Shown piece by piece: positions 32,831 to 42,295 of a stretch of DNA of 64,000 nucleotides. The first letter of the stretch is position 1, and each line of letters opens with the position of its first letter. The notes beneath the pieces are model-generated. The model was not told the DNA's origin and searched no databases. It saw only the letters and a program-made list of their open reading frames with translations. The translations under genes and the position numbers were made by a program. Source of the stretch: Longimicrobiales bacterium (GTDB taxonomy: Bacteria > Gemmatimonadota > Gemmatimonadetes > Longimicrobiales > Gaopeijiaceae); the NCBI GenBank assembly GCA_965204735.1, contig OZ242008.1:1472001-1536000 (forward strand), read 5' to 3'.

Positions 32831-35022
32831 CCACCGACGGCCACCCGTACAACCCCGGCTTTCTCTCGGACGAGGAGCTGACGGCATCGTTCTGCGTGCG
32901 CACGAGCGAGTTCGAGTCGCTCATGGAATCGCTCCGCGAGAGCACCGGCGCGGCGAATCAGCACGTCGTGGTCATCGGTCCCCGCGGGAGCGGCAAGACC
33001 ACTCTGCTCCTGCGAGTCGCGGCAGAGCTGCGATCCAACGCGGCCCTGTCTTCTCGTCTGTTTCCCGTCGTGTTCGCCGAGGAGAGCTACGAAGTCGGCA
33101 CCTGTGGGGAGTTCTGGCTAGAGGCGCTCTCCCGCTTGGCCGACCAAGCTCCCGATCGACCGGGGCAGCCGGACCTGCACGGCAGCGTTGCGGAAATCCG
33201 CAAGGAAAGCGACGACCAGGTGCTGCAAGATCGTTGCCTGGGTGCGCTGCTGGACTTCGCGGATCGGCACGGCAGGCGGCTTGTGCTCGTCGTCGAGAAC
33301 TTGAACATGATCTTCGCCGACATGCAGGACGACGATGCGGGGTGGCGTCTGCGGAAGACGCTCCAGACCGAATCCAGGGTGTTGTTGCTGGGCAGCGCCA
33401 CCAGCAGGTTCGGAGAGATCGACAGGCCGGACAAGGCCCTGTACGACCTCTTCAAGATCGTGCAGCTGCGGCCTCTCGACCACAACGAATGCGCGGTCCT
33501 CTGGAAGCAAGTGTCGGGGAAACGCCCCGGAGTCGCCCAAAACCGCGCGCTGGAGATCCTTACCGGCGGCAGTCCGAGGTTGTTGGCGGTCGTTGCCCGC
33601 TTTGGGGCGGAACGGTCGTTTCGCGAACTGATGTCCAGTCTCTTGCACTTGGTGGACGACAATACGGCCTACTTCAAGAACCACCTCGAGTCCTTGCCGT
33701 GTCAAGAACGACGCGTCTACCTTGCCCTTGGCGCGCTCTGGAGACCGTCCACGGCGCGGGAAGTGGCTGACCGTGCCCGGATGGACGACACCAGCAAGTG
33801 CAGCGCCCAGCTCGGGCGTCTCGTCGACCGGGGGGTAGTGGCGGCCGTAGACGACGCCTCTCATCGCAAGGAGTACTACCTGACAGAACGGATGTACAAT
33901 ATTTACTACTTGCTCCGCAATAGCCGTGGGAAGGACAGGATGGTCCAAGCCTTGGTCGCGTTCATGCTTGACTTCTACTCGTTGCCGGACCTGACAGTAA
34001 TCGCCAAGACAGCGGCCGAGGACGTTGGGACGAAGGATGCGAATGGGGAGGGTGACAACTCGATCTTGCTCAAGCGGCTTCTGGAGCAACCCGCACTGCA
34101 GGAGTACGTTCAGAAGGCCGCGGCCGTTCTGGAGGAAGCACATGCTTTCCTCGATGATGCTAAACATGCGGAAACAGCGGGCGACTACGAAGGCGCTAAC
34201 GAGATGTACACAGATCTCAGGAAGTTCATAGCGGAGCATCGCGATACGTTGCCGGACACGCATGATCTCCTGGATGCCGTGGCAACCACGAGTCACGCTG
34301 TCGTTCTTTTTACCATGAATCGGCCGACAGAAGCGCTTGATCTGTTCGAACAAGTAGCTGGACGGTACGGTTGCCGCCAGGAGCAGGATATGGCTCGCGT
34401 ACTGTGCGAAGCTGGCCTTGGGCGCGCGGTGACACTGCATACCTTAGGGCAAGTAGAGGAGGCGATGAGCGAGTACGATGTGCTGCACGGCAGATTCAAG
34501 GCATCCGCAACAGTTCCGCCAATTGCCGATCTGCTGGTTCAGGCCGCCGTCGCGAAGGGCGACGCACTCGGGCAGCTTGGCCGCACCGAAGGCAGTCGAT
34601 CGGCCTACAAGCGGGCTGCCGCGCTCGCGACCGACGTAATAGAGCGGCACGGTTCGGTGGAACCCTCTTGGGTCCTTCGAGCGCTGGAGTCGCGGGCGTA
34701 CGCCCTCGGCATGACCGGAGACAGGGAAGGCGGCGAGCGCGATGTGGCCCAGGTTCTCGTACTGCTGACCGAGATGCAGCCCCCGCCGGACCATAGCATC
34801 GGTCGCCTGATCGCGCTCGGCGTAGTGCTTGGGTCCGAGCGGATGGCCGAACTCGTTCGCAGTTCGCCGGCTGTCTACATGGCCGGCGTCCTTCTTGCGG
34901 CCTTCGAGTTCGACATAGGCCTGCGGCCAAGGGTAGCGCCCGAGGTGGCGGCGGTGGCGCGGGACTTCCAGAAGGTGATGGACCTTCGCCGGCGGGATCC
35001 GGAGTTCGCCCGCTGGATCTGA
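32827..35022 (+). CDS. STAND-like ATPase - wHTH - TPR protein
   Basis: ATGA coupling; Walker A 'GPRGSGKTT', Walker B-like 'LVLVVEN', 'TGGSPR' GxP motif, helical TPR-like C-terminus. Confidence 0.78.
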   Translation: MTTDGHPYNPGFLSDEELTASFCVRTSEFESLMESLRESTGAANQHVVVIGPRGSGKTTLLLRVAAELRSNAALSSRLFPVVFAEESYEVGTCGEFWLEALSRLADQAPDRPGQPDLHGSVAEIRKESDDQVLQDRCLGALLDFADRHGRRLVLVVENLNMIFADMQDDDAGWRLRKTLQTESRVLLLGSATSRFGEIDRPDKALYDLFKIVQLRPLDHNECAVLWKQVSGKRPGVAQNRALEILTGGSPRLLAVVARFGAERSFRELMSSLLHLVDDNTAYFKNHLESLPCQERRVYLALGALWRPSTAREVADRARMDDTSKCSAQLGRLVDRGVVAAVDDASHRKEYYLTERMYNIYYLLRNSRGKDRMVQALVAFMLDFYSLPDLTVIAKTAAEDVGTKDANGEGDNSILLKRLLEQPALQEYVQKAAAVLEEAHAFLDDAKHAETAGDYEGANEMYTDLRKFIAEHRDTLPDTHDLLDAVATTSHAVVLFTMNRPTEALDLFEQVAGRYGCRQEQDMARVLCEAGLGRAVTLHTLGQVEEAMSEYDVLHGRFKASATVPPIADLLVQAAVAKGDALGQLGRTEGSRSAYKRAAALATDVIERHGSVEPSWVLRALESRAYALGMTGDREGGERDVAQVLVLLTEMQPPPDHSIGRLIALGVVLGSERMAELVRSSPAVYMAGVLLAAFEFDIGLRPRVAPEVAAVARDFQKVMDLRRRDPEFARWI

Positions 35023-35147
35023 CGAAGGTTGGGACGCCTGCCGGGAGCCGGGCGTGGACGGGCGCTCCGGGCTGCTTGCCCGGGACGCTATACTGTCTGT
35101 CCGCTTGAACAGGCCTTCCATCTTCAGAGACGTTCAGGAGCGCACCC

Positions 35148-37304
35148 GTGGCCGTAGCAATCACGCGAGGAACCAACGACGCGCCCGTCGCCAGCGAACT
35201 GCTGACCGAGGTCATGACTGGACTCCCCGGTCTCTCGGGGAAGCTCTTCCTCGGGTACCCCGTCGTCGCCACACTCGACGGCCCTCTTGCGATCGATGCT
35301 CTGTGGGCGTCAAGGGAGGCGGGCTTCGTGCTCTTCGACCTCGTCGAGGGGACCGAATGGGCGGGGCACGACCGCCGCCAGGATAACCTCGGCAATGTCG
35401 TGGAGGCGAAGCTGCGGTACCGCAGCGAACTGGTCGCCCGTTCCGGTCAGGGCAGGGTCCTTCGGGTTCCCGTGCACACGGTAACGTTCGCGCCGGCCGT
35501 TTCCCCACTGCCTCCTGACGCCGCTGGCGATTTCCCGCTTGCGAACCGCGAGACCCTCCCGCAGCTCCTGCGCGGACTTCGATGGACCGCCGACGGCGGG
35601 GACCACGAGTTTCGGGTCGCCCTCTCCGATCTCGAGAACGTCTCGACGATCCGGCGGTCCGGTCGCGACGAGCGCTCCGAACGACCGGACTCGCGGGGCG
35701 CCAAGCTGCGGAAGCTGGAGGGATCGGTAGCGACGCTGGACGCTCACCAGACCAAGGCGATGGTCGAGACGACGGACGGCGTTCAGCGAATCCGCGGCCT
35801 TGCCGGCTCGGGAAAGTCGATTGTCCTTGCCCTCAAGGCGGCGTATCTCCACGCCCGGCACCCCGATTGGCGAATCTGCGTCACCTTTCAGACGCGCGCC
35901 CTGAAGCCGTTCTTCCGCCAGCTGATCCAGGACGCCTACGTGTCCCAGACGAAGGCGACGCCGGACTGGCGAAGCCTGCGCATCGTCAACGCATGGGGCG
36001 CACCCGGCGACGAGGAGCGAGACGGCGTGTACCACCAGTTCTGCACGGCGCACGGTGTCCGCTACCATGACTTCATGACCGCAAAGACGACGTTCGGCAC
36101 CGCTGACGCATTTGCCGGCGTCTGCGAGCTCGCGCTCGAAGAAGCGAAGTCCACGCACGACCTCTACGACGTAGTTCTTGTCGACGAGGCCCAGGATCTT
36201 CCTCCCGCGTTCCTCCGCATCTGCTACGAACTCTTGACGAAGGAAAGAAGGCTTGTCTACGCCTACGACGAACTTCAGAACCTGGGTCGCGATTCGATGC
36301 CGGCCCTGGAAGAGATATTCGGCCCAGACGTGCGACGTCCGACCGACTCGGCTTCGCACGACGTCGTGCTGAAGAAGTGCTACCGCAACTCGCGGCCCGT
36401 TCTCGTCACTGCGCACGCTCTCGGCTTCGGAGTTCACCGGAAGCCGGACAGCAGGACCCGCACAGGCATCGTGCAGATATTCGACGATACGCAGATGTGG
36501 CACGACACCGGCTACCGTGCCAACGACGGCGAAATCCGCGACGGGAAGCCGGTCGAGCTCGCCAGGACGAGCGAAACAAGTCCGCAGTTTCTCGAAAACC
36601 ACTCGCCTCTCAACGATCTCGTGCAGTTCAGATCCTTCGACAGCGACGACGAACAGTCGGAGTGGGTGGCGGAGCAGGTGGAGCGGAACATTCGGAACGA
36701 CGAACTGCGGCCGGACGACATCGTGGTGATCAACCCCGATCCGTTCTCGACTTCTGCCGCGGTCGGGCCGATCCGCGCGCTGTTGCACGACAGGGACATT
36801 GAACACCATCTGGCCGGCGTCGACACTGGTGTGGACATCTTTCGGCAGCCGGATTCCGTGACCTTCACCGGCATCTACCGAGCAAAGGGCAACGAGTTCG
36901 GCATGGTGTACGTGATCAACGCCCACGAATGCTGTTCCGCCCGGTACGGCTTGGCCCAGCTAAGAAATCGCCTCTTCACAGCGATCACGCGAAGCAAGGC
37001 GTGGATCCGGGTGTGCGGCGTCGGCGACGACATGAAGCGGCTGACGGAAGAGTACGCCAAGTTGCGCGACGACGACTACGAACTGCGCTTCGTCTATCCA
37101 ACCGCGCAACAGCGCAAGGGAATGCGCGTCGTGCATCGCGATCGGTCGAGCGCAGACGTCAAGCGCGCCCAGAGGCACACGAGCAACCTGTTGCAGCTTG
37201 CAGAAGACCTGAAATCGGGCAAGGTCTACACGGAGGACTTGCCGGAGGAGGTACAGAAGCTGCTCGCGGTGAGGGAGGGGAAGCGTGGTGATGACCAGCG
37301 CTGA
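35148..37304 (+). CDS. Superfamily I (UvrD-like) helicase, partner of DUF2290
   Basis: 'GLAGSGKS', 'LVDEAQD', 'YDELQ', 'CYRN', 'KGNEF', 'LFTAITRSK'; AGGAG RBS. Confidence 0.87.
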   Translation: MAVAITRGTNDAPVASELLTEVMTGLPGLSGKLFLGYPVVATLDGPLAIDALWASREAGFVLFDLVEGTEWAGHDRRQDNLGNVVEAKLRYRSELVARSGQGRVLRVPVHTVTFAPAVSPLPPDAAGDFPLANRETLPQLLRGLRWTADGGDHEFRVALSDLENVSTIRRSGRDERSERPDSRGAKLRKLEGSVATLDAHQTKAMVETTDGVQRIRGLAGSGKSIVLALKAAYLHARHPDWRICVTFQTRALKPFFRQLIQDAYVSQTKATPDWRSLRIVNAWGAPGDEERDGVYHQFCTAHGVRYHDFMTAKTTFGTADAFAGVCELALEEAKSTHDLYDVVLVDEAQDLPPAFLRICYELLTKERRLVYAYDELQNLGRDSMPALEEIFGPDVRRPTDSASHDVVLKKCYRNSRPVLVTAHALGFGVHRKPDSRTRTGIVQIFDDTQMWHDTGYRANDGEIRDGKPVELARTSETSPQFLENHSPLNDLVQFRSFDSDDEQSEWVAEQVERNIRNDELRPDDIVVINPDPFSTSAAVGPIRALLHDRDIEHHLAGVDTGVDIFRQPDSVTFTGIYRAKGNEFGMVYVINAHECCSARYGLAQLRNRLFTAITRSKAWIRVCGVGDDMKRLTEEYAKLRDDDYELRFVYPTAQQRKGMRVVHRDRSSADVKRAQRHTSNLLQLAEDLKSGKVYTEDLPEEVQKLLAVREGKRGDDQR

Positions 37305-37960
37305 AGGCACGGTCAGCCGAGTCAACGGACTTCTTCGCCACCTTGGCAAGGTGGGGATCGCGCGTCATTACCAGCGGGCCGTCCTCCACCCGGACGGACG
37401 GGCTGCACATGTGTCGTTTCCGGGTGCCGATCATGTGTCCGTGGCAATGAAGAACCAGGACTATCGGCGAATCTACCGGCACTTTATGGACGAGCGGGCG
37501 TACTCCGCCGTGATGCTGGACAACGCGATTGTGCAGATCATGTACCGGTTCGAGGGTCGTAAGCTGATGGCGCACCGATTGGCGTTCTTTCCGGCTCCCA
37601 AGTTGGAGGAGTTTCAGAACGTGCCCGAGTGGTACTTGCGCGACGAGGTGTGCGTCGATGTAGTGGCGAGGACCACGACACCGACGCTGGTGCGATTCGA
37701 CTACGACGCCAGCGAGGCACGCCACCGGCCGGTGATCCACCCGAGGTCTCACTCATCTCACGCTCGGGCGCTACGAGGGCTGTAGAATTCCCGTGTCGGC
37801 GCCGCTGACGCCCCACCGCTTCATGGACTTCGTGTTGCGGAACTTCTACGACACGACGGAGAGGCGCTACTCCAACGACCTACCGCGAAACACAGTACGC
37901 CTGCCCGATACGATCGATCCGAGGGAGCGAGGCGTCCTGCACGTGGCGGTGCCGGCGTAG
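37291..37960 (+). pseudogene. DUF2290 family protein, frameshifted by a 4-bp duplication (CTCA) at 37748-37755
   Basis: Removing one CTCA gives 'VRFDYD...HPRSHLTLGRYEGCRIPVSAPLTPHRFMDFVLRNFY...PA*', ending at 37960. Confidence 0.8.
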
Positions 37961-37973
37961 GCGGCGCGACGGA

Positions 37974-39224
37974 ATGATCACGCTCGTCCAAGCACGCAAC
38001 TACCGCAACATTCGAGACGTTCGAGTGCCGCTCCGGGAGTTTCAGTTGCTGGTGGGCAAGAACGCCTCGGGGAAGAGCACGTTCATGGACGTCATCGCGT
38101 TCATGAGCGATTTTCTGTCGGTCGGCCTGGCGAGGGCCGTGGAGAAGCGCTCGCCGGAACCACGAGCCTTGATTCACGGGCGGCAGGGGAGTCGCTTTGA
38201 GTTGGTCGTCGAGGCTGCGGCGCCCGCCCAGGTGGGCGAGAGGCCCGGGCTCGACCCGGTCCGATATCGCTTGGCCGTGGAGGTTGCAGATCGACCCAGC
38301 GAGTGCAGGGTTCAGGACGAATCGCTCGTTCTCACGACCTCCCAAGGCTGTCTGTCACAGTCGGAAAGCGGTCCGCCGGCGTTCGAGACGGGAGCGGGCG
38401 GGACTGCGGCGGTGGCCGACGGCGCCGGTACCGTTCGACCGATAGCAGAAAACACGGGAGAAGCCACGGCCAGCCTTACGCCGGAGCCGGTTTCCGGGGG
38501 CGTCGGTGCCGCACACGCCGCCACAGTGGAGCCTGGCACGTCTGTGCTGGCGATACTGCCGGAGGACGCAGAGCAGTTCCCAGCCGCAACGTGGTTCAAG
38601 CACTACCTGTTGCGCGAGATTCACAGGATCGCTTTCGATGTGGGCGTTCTGGCGCGGCCCAATCCACCGACGGAAGCCAAGGGTTTTCTCCCGGACGGGT
38701 CGAACGTGGCAAGTATTGTGGCCCAGTTCCGAGAGGATTCGCCCGACAGGTTTCATCGATGGGTTGACCAGCTTCGGTTGGACGCCCCCGATCTGGTGGA
38801 CGTATCAGCCGTCGTCCGTGCCGAGGACGGTCACTCCTACCTGGTCTTCGAGCATCAGGGAGGCGTCAAGGTCCCCGCGTGGCTTGTCTCCAGCGGCCTG
38901 CTACATCTGGCGGCTTACACCTTGCCTACCTACCTCGCGTATCCTTCTGGAACGTACTTGTACGAGCATCCCGAGCGCGACGTCTACGCCGGCACCATGC
39001 ATTCGATATACAGTGCTCTGACTTGCCTCTGGGATTCGCAGGCACTGGTGGCCACGCAATCGATCACCCTCATGGCTTTCTTCAAGCCGAAGGATCTGCT
39101 TTGCTTTGCGCGTGACGACCACGGCATGATCGACGTCGTAAGAGGTTCCGACCACCGGTACTTGAGGAACTGGAGCGGAGAAATCGACGTCGGGACCATC
39201 GTCGCATCGGGAATCCTCGGGTGA
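37974..39224 (+). CDS. AAA_21/AbiEii-type ABC ATPase (MAD3-like) with degenerate Walker B and H-loop
   Basis: 'NYRNI', Walker A 'GKNASGKST'; signature 'VSSG'; 'YLYEHPE' and 'ATQS' in place of the usual 'IEEPE' and 'ATHS'. Confidence 0.75.
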   Translation: MITLVQARNYRNIRDVRVPLREFQLLVGKNASGKSTFMDVIAFMSDFLSVGLARAVEKRSPEPRALIHGRQGSRFELVVEAAAPAQVGERPGLDPVRYRLAVEVADRPSECRVQDESLVLTTSQGCLSQSESGPPAFETGAGGTAAVADGAGTVRPIAENTGEATASLTPEPVSGGVGAAHAATVEPGTSVLAILPEDAEQFPAATWFKHYLLREIHRIAFDVGVLARPNPPTEAKGFLPDGSNVASIVAQFREDSPDRFHRWVDQLRLDAPDLVDVSAVVRAEDGHSYLVFEHQGGVKVPAWLVSSGLLHLAAYTLPTYLAYPSGTYLYEHPERDVYAGTMHSIYSALTCLWDSQALVATQSITLMAFFKPKDLLCFARDDHGMIDVVRGSDHRYLRNWSGEIDVGTIVASGILG

Positions 39225-39322
39225 ACCGACGGGATATGATCGTGCTGGTGGCGGACAGGGTCATGCTCGGCGTGCTGGCGCAGTTGCTCCGACGGCCCGA
39301 GTCGCTGGCCTACACGAAGTAG
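39221..39322 (+). pseudogene. 33-codon N-terminal stub of the ATPase partner gene (MAD4/TOPRIM-like)
   Basis: GTGA coupling; 'MNRRDMIVLVADRVMLGVLAQLLRRPESL', then runs into the 3' end of the permease gene. Confidence 0.5.
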
Positions 39323-40656
39323 CGGGCTACGAACAGCACGAAGAGCACCCACAGGGTCGGGCTGATCTGGCTTGTGCGGCCGCTGATCAGTCGGAGCAGC
39401 ACGCACGCGACGATGCCCGCGGAGATGCCTTCGGCGATGCTGAACGTCAGCGGCATGAGGGCCACGGCCAAGAACGCCGGGATCGCCTCCACGGGGTCCC
39501 TGAAGTCGATCCGCGACACCGGACCCATCATGAAGACGCCGACCAGGATCAGCGCTGGGGCAGTGGCCGCCGAGGGCACCATCTGCACCAGCGGACCGAA
39601 GAAGATCGCCAGCAGGAACAGCACGCCGACGGTGACGGCCGTCCAGCCCGTCCTTCCGCCCTCCGCCACGCCAGCGGCGCTCTCCACGTAGGTCGTGGTC
39701 GTGCTCGTGCCCATGACGGAGCCCGCCATCGTGGCCACCGAGTCGGCCAGCAGCGCGCGCTTGGCCCTGGGCAGCCTGCCGTCCTTGTCCAGCATGTCGG
39801 CCTTGCTGGCCACCCCGACCAGGGTGCCCGCCGTGTCGAAGAGGTCCACGAAGGTGAAGGTGAAGACGGCCCCCACCAAGCCGAAGGCGACCAACTCGGC
39901 GAAGTCCATCTGCAGGAAGGTTTCGCCCAGCCCGCTGGGCATTCCCACGAGCGACCAGTCGGAGGGGGCGACCACGCCCAGCGGGATGCCGACCACGGTG
40001 GCCGCCAGGATGCCCCACAGCAGGGCGCCGGGGACTTTGCGCGCCACCATGCCCGCCGTGAGCACCAGCCCGAACAGCGCCAGCCCGACGGTGACGAAGG
40101 AGACTCCGAACGGAAGCGCCTCCTGCAACGCCGGGTCCTCGAAGTAGTTGGTGGCGATCCGACCAAGCGTGCCCGTGCCTTGGTTGAAGACCACCAGGCC
40201 AGCGTTCTTGAAGCCGATCAGCGCGATGAACAGGCCCACGCCGCCGCTGACCGCGCGCTTCAGGTTGGCCGGAATGCCGTTGATGACCGCCTCTCTGGCG
40301 CGGGTCAGCGTCAGAATCACGAACACCGCCCCCGACACGAAGACGGCCGCCAGCGCCCCCTGCCAAGACAGCCCGGAGCCCAGGACCAGCGTGTACGCGA
40401 AGAAGGCGTTCAAGCCCATCCCCGGCGCCAGCGCGAAGGGGTAGTTGGCCAGCACGCCCATGAGGATCGACCCCAAGGCCGCGGCCAAGCAGGTGGCCAC
40501 CATGACTCCGTCCGCCGGCATCCCCGTGGCACCCAGGATCTGCGGGTTCACCACGACGATGTAGGCCATGGTGGCGAAGGTGGTCACGCCCGCTCGCATC
40601 TCGCGCTTGAGTAGGGAGGCGTCGGCGGGCGGCAAAGCGGTTCCGGGGATCGTCAT
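39310..40656 (-). CDS. NCS2 family (AzgA/PbuG-like) purine permease
   Basis: 'AGVTTFATMAYI.VNP.IL', 'APGMGLNAFF', 'DLFDTAGTL', 'YVESAAGVAEGGRTG'. Confidence 0.93.
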   Translation of the reverse strand: MTIPGTALPPADASLLKREMRAGVTTFATMAYIVVVNPQILGATGMPADGVMVATCLAAALGSILMGVLANYPFALAPGMGLNAFFAYTLVLGSGLSWQGALAAVFVSGAVFVILTLTRAREAVINGIPANLKRAVSGGVGLFIALIGFKNAGLVVFNQGTGTLGRIATNYFEDPALQEALPFGVSFVTVGLALFGLVLTAGMVARKVPGALLWGILAATVVGIPLGVVAPSDWSLVGMPSGLGETFLQMDFAELVAFGLVGAVFTFTFVDLFDTAGTLVGVASKADMLDKDGRLPRAKRALLADSVATMAGSVMGTSTTTTYVESAAGVAEGGRTGWTAVTVGVLFLLAIFFGPLVQMVPSAATAPALILVGVFMMGPVSRIDFRDPVEAIPAFLAVALMPLTFSIAEGISAGIVACVLLRLISGRTSQISPTLWVLFVLFVARYFV

Positions 40657-40849
40657 GGTGTGCAGGCTTGGGTGTCGCGGGGACGAACGGCCATCGCGTT
40701 CGTCACTATGCAACGCGCGCCCCTCGGCCGCCAGTGGCGCACCACCGGGCTGGGCGAGCGTTGGGAGTCAGCCCAGCGGTGCAGCCCTGGTCGCCTTTGT
40801 CCAGTGCTCGGGAAGCGACGGCTTGGCGTCGCCGCCGTCCACTACTCCA

Positions 40850-41164
40850 CTAACGGCCCTCCGCGTCCCCGTCGCCGGCCACGGCCAGGAAGTCCTCGGC
40901 AGTGTCGCACTCCACGACCGCGTCCCCGACCCGCACCAGCTGCTCGGCGCTCATGGAACGCACCCGCGCCTCCAGCCGTCGCGCCGTCCGGGCCCCGAAC
41001 CGCCGCGAAGCCAGACGCAGCAAGATCGCTCGGCCTTCCGCGCGACCCCGTTCGAGTCCCCGTTCGAGCCCCTGTTCACGGCCCCGCTCGAGTCCCTGCT
41101 GGAGCCCCTGCTCCAGGCCCCGCTGCCGGTGGCCCTCCGCCCACTCCGCATAGGTCTGGCCCAT
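40850..41164 (-). CDS. Predicted intragenic small protein (RpnS-like, 104 aa), in frame with Rpn copy 2
   Basis: AAGGAGG-agaaagag-ATG on the minus strand. Confidence 0.6.
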   Translation of the reverse strand: MGQTYAEWAEGHRQRGLEQGLQQGLERGREQGLERGLERGRAEGRAILLRLASRRFGARTARRLEARVRSMSAEQLVRVGDAVVECDTAEDFLAVAGDGDAEGR

Positions 41165-41956
41165 CTCTTTCTCCTCCTTTGGTTGGATGATCTGCTCCAC
41201 GATGTCCTCACGTGCCTCCTCCGGCACCCCCACCACACGCAGCCGCTCGTCCGTCCAGTCCGCGAACGCCTGCCGCTCTGCAAGATAGTCCGGGCCGGCC
41301 CACTGCTCCGCCATGCTCTGGTGCACCGCCGGAAAGTTCGTCCACGGGTCCTCCTCCAGCGCCGCGACCCAGCCCAGCACGCTCTCCCTGGGAAGCAACC
41401 CTTGCGCCAGTGCCGACCGCAAGTCAAGCAGCCCGTAGCCGTGAGTGGTCGCCAGGCCGGCCACCGCCCGCGCCACGACCGGCGACGGCTCTTGCCTGCT
41501 GGCCAGCCCGGCCAGCGTCGTCTCGGCCGTCCATGGCCGCGTGCCGGTGTAGACGACGAACGAGAGCACGAGGGGCATGGCGCCGTCGGGGTCGCGCTGG
41601 CGCTCGAGCGTGTGCAGCACCGTGTAGGCGGCCTCGGTGTAGCGCAGCGTCCTGAGGACCATGCCCGGATCGACGGAGGACTGGAACTCGAAGAGGAGGA
41701 CCGCCGATCGACCGTCCTTGAACCGGACGCGCCAAGCGCAGTCGCAGAGCCGGCGCTTCAGGTCGGGGCCCACGGTCTCGGTGGGGAAGGGGTCGGCGGC
41801 CGGCAGGTCGAACTCGTCGGCCCAGCCCATGGCCGCGAGGTCGCGGACGAGGGCCACGCCGCCGCCCGTCGTGTTGAAGAGGCGCTTGTAGCTCTGGTCG
41901 TGGCGGCGGCGTTCCGGCTTGAGGCGAGAGGGCGGTTTGCTGGTGGAAGGGTCCAT
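40850..41956 (-). CDS. Rpn family nuclease / YhgA-like, copy 2
   Basis: Near-identical to 26253-27347, with one extra GLER repeat unit. Confidence 0.85.
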   Translation of the reverse strand: MDPSTSKPPSRLKPERRRHDQSYKRLFNTTGGGVALVRDLAAMGWADEFDLPAADPFPTETVGPDLKRRLCDCAWRVRFKDGRSAVLLFEFQSSVDPGMVLRTLRYTEAAYTVLHTLERQRDPDGAMPLVLSFVVYTGTRPWTAETTLAGLASRQEPSPVVARAVAGLATTHGYGLLDLRSALAQGLLPRESVLGWVAALEEDPWTNFPAVHQSMAEQWAGPDYLAERQAFADWTDERLRVVGVPEEAREDIVEQIIQPKEEKEMGQTYAEWAEGHRQRGLEQGLQQGLERGREQGLERGLERGRAEGRAILLRLASRRFGARTARRLEARVRSMSAEQLVRVGDAVVECDTAEDFLAVAGDGDAEGR

Positions 41957-42295
41957 GGCGGCGGCTCCGTTACGTCCGAGACGAGAGGCGCTTCGGAGGC
42001 GTCGCGGACGGATTTCCCCCGAAGCTGGCCGGGACGGTCTCCGGCCCTGGTCCTCAGTGTCTCACCGCGGATGCGCCATTTCCATGGCTGGATGGGACAG
42101 ATTTTTTTTCGTCTCTTCCGGGCTGGTCCGGAGGCCCCGCGTGTCCTGTGAGCAAGGCGGGCTGAAGTTCCTCCGGCGCGCCTTGGGGGGCACACAGCCC
42201 AGCTCGCTGACGTCTTGAGGATCTCGATTAGCTTCTTGCCGTCGCAGGTGCCCCGCGTTCGCCTGCCCGTCGTCCCCCACGACCTCGGTTCCCAC

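Noticed and set aside
40657..40850. Purine riboswitch upstream of the NCS2 permease
   Set aside because: Conserved aptamer core not recognisable by eye; an Infernal search would be needed
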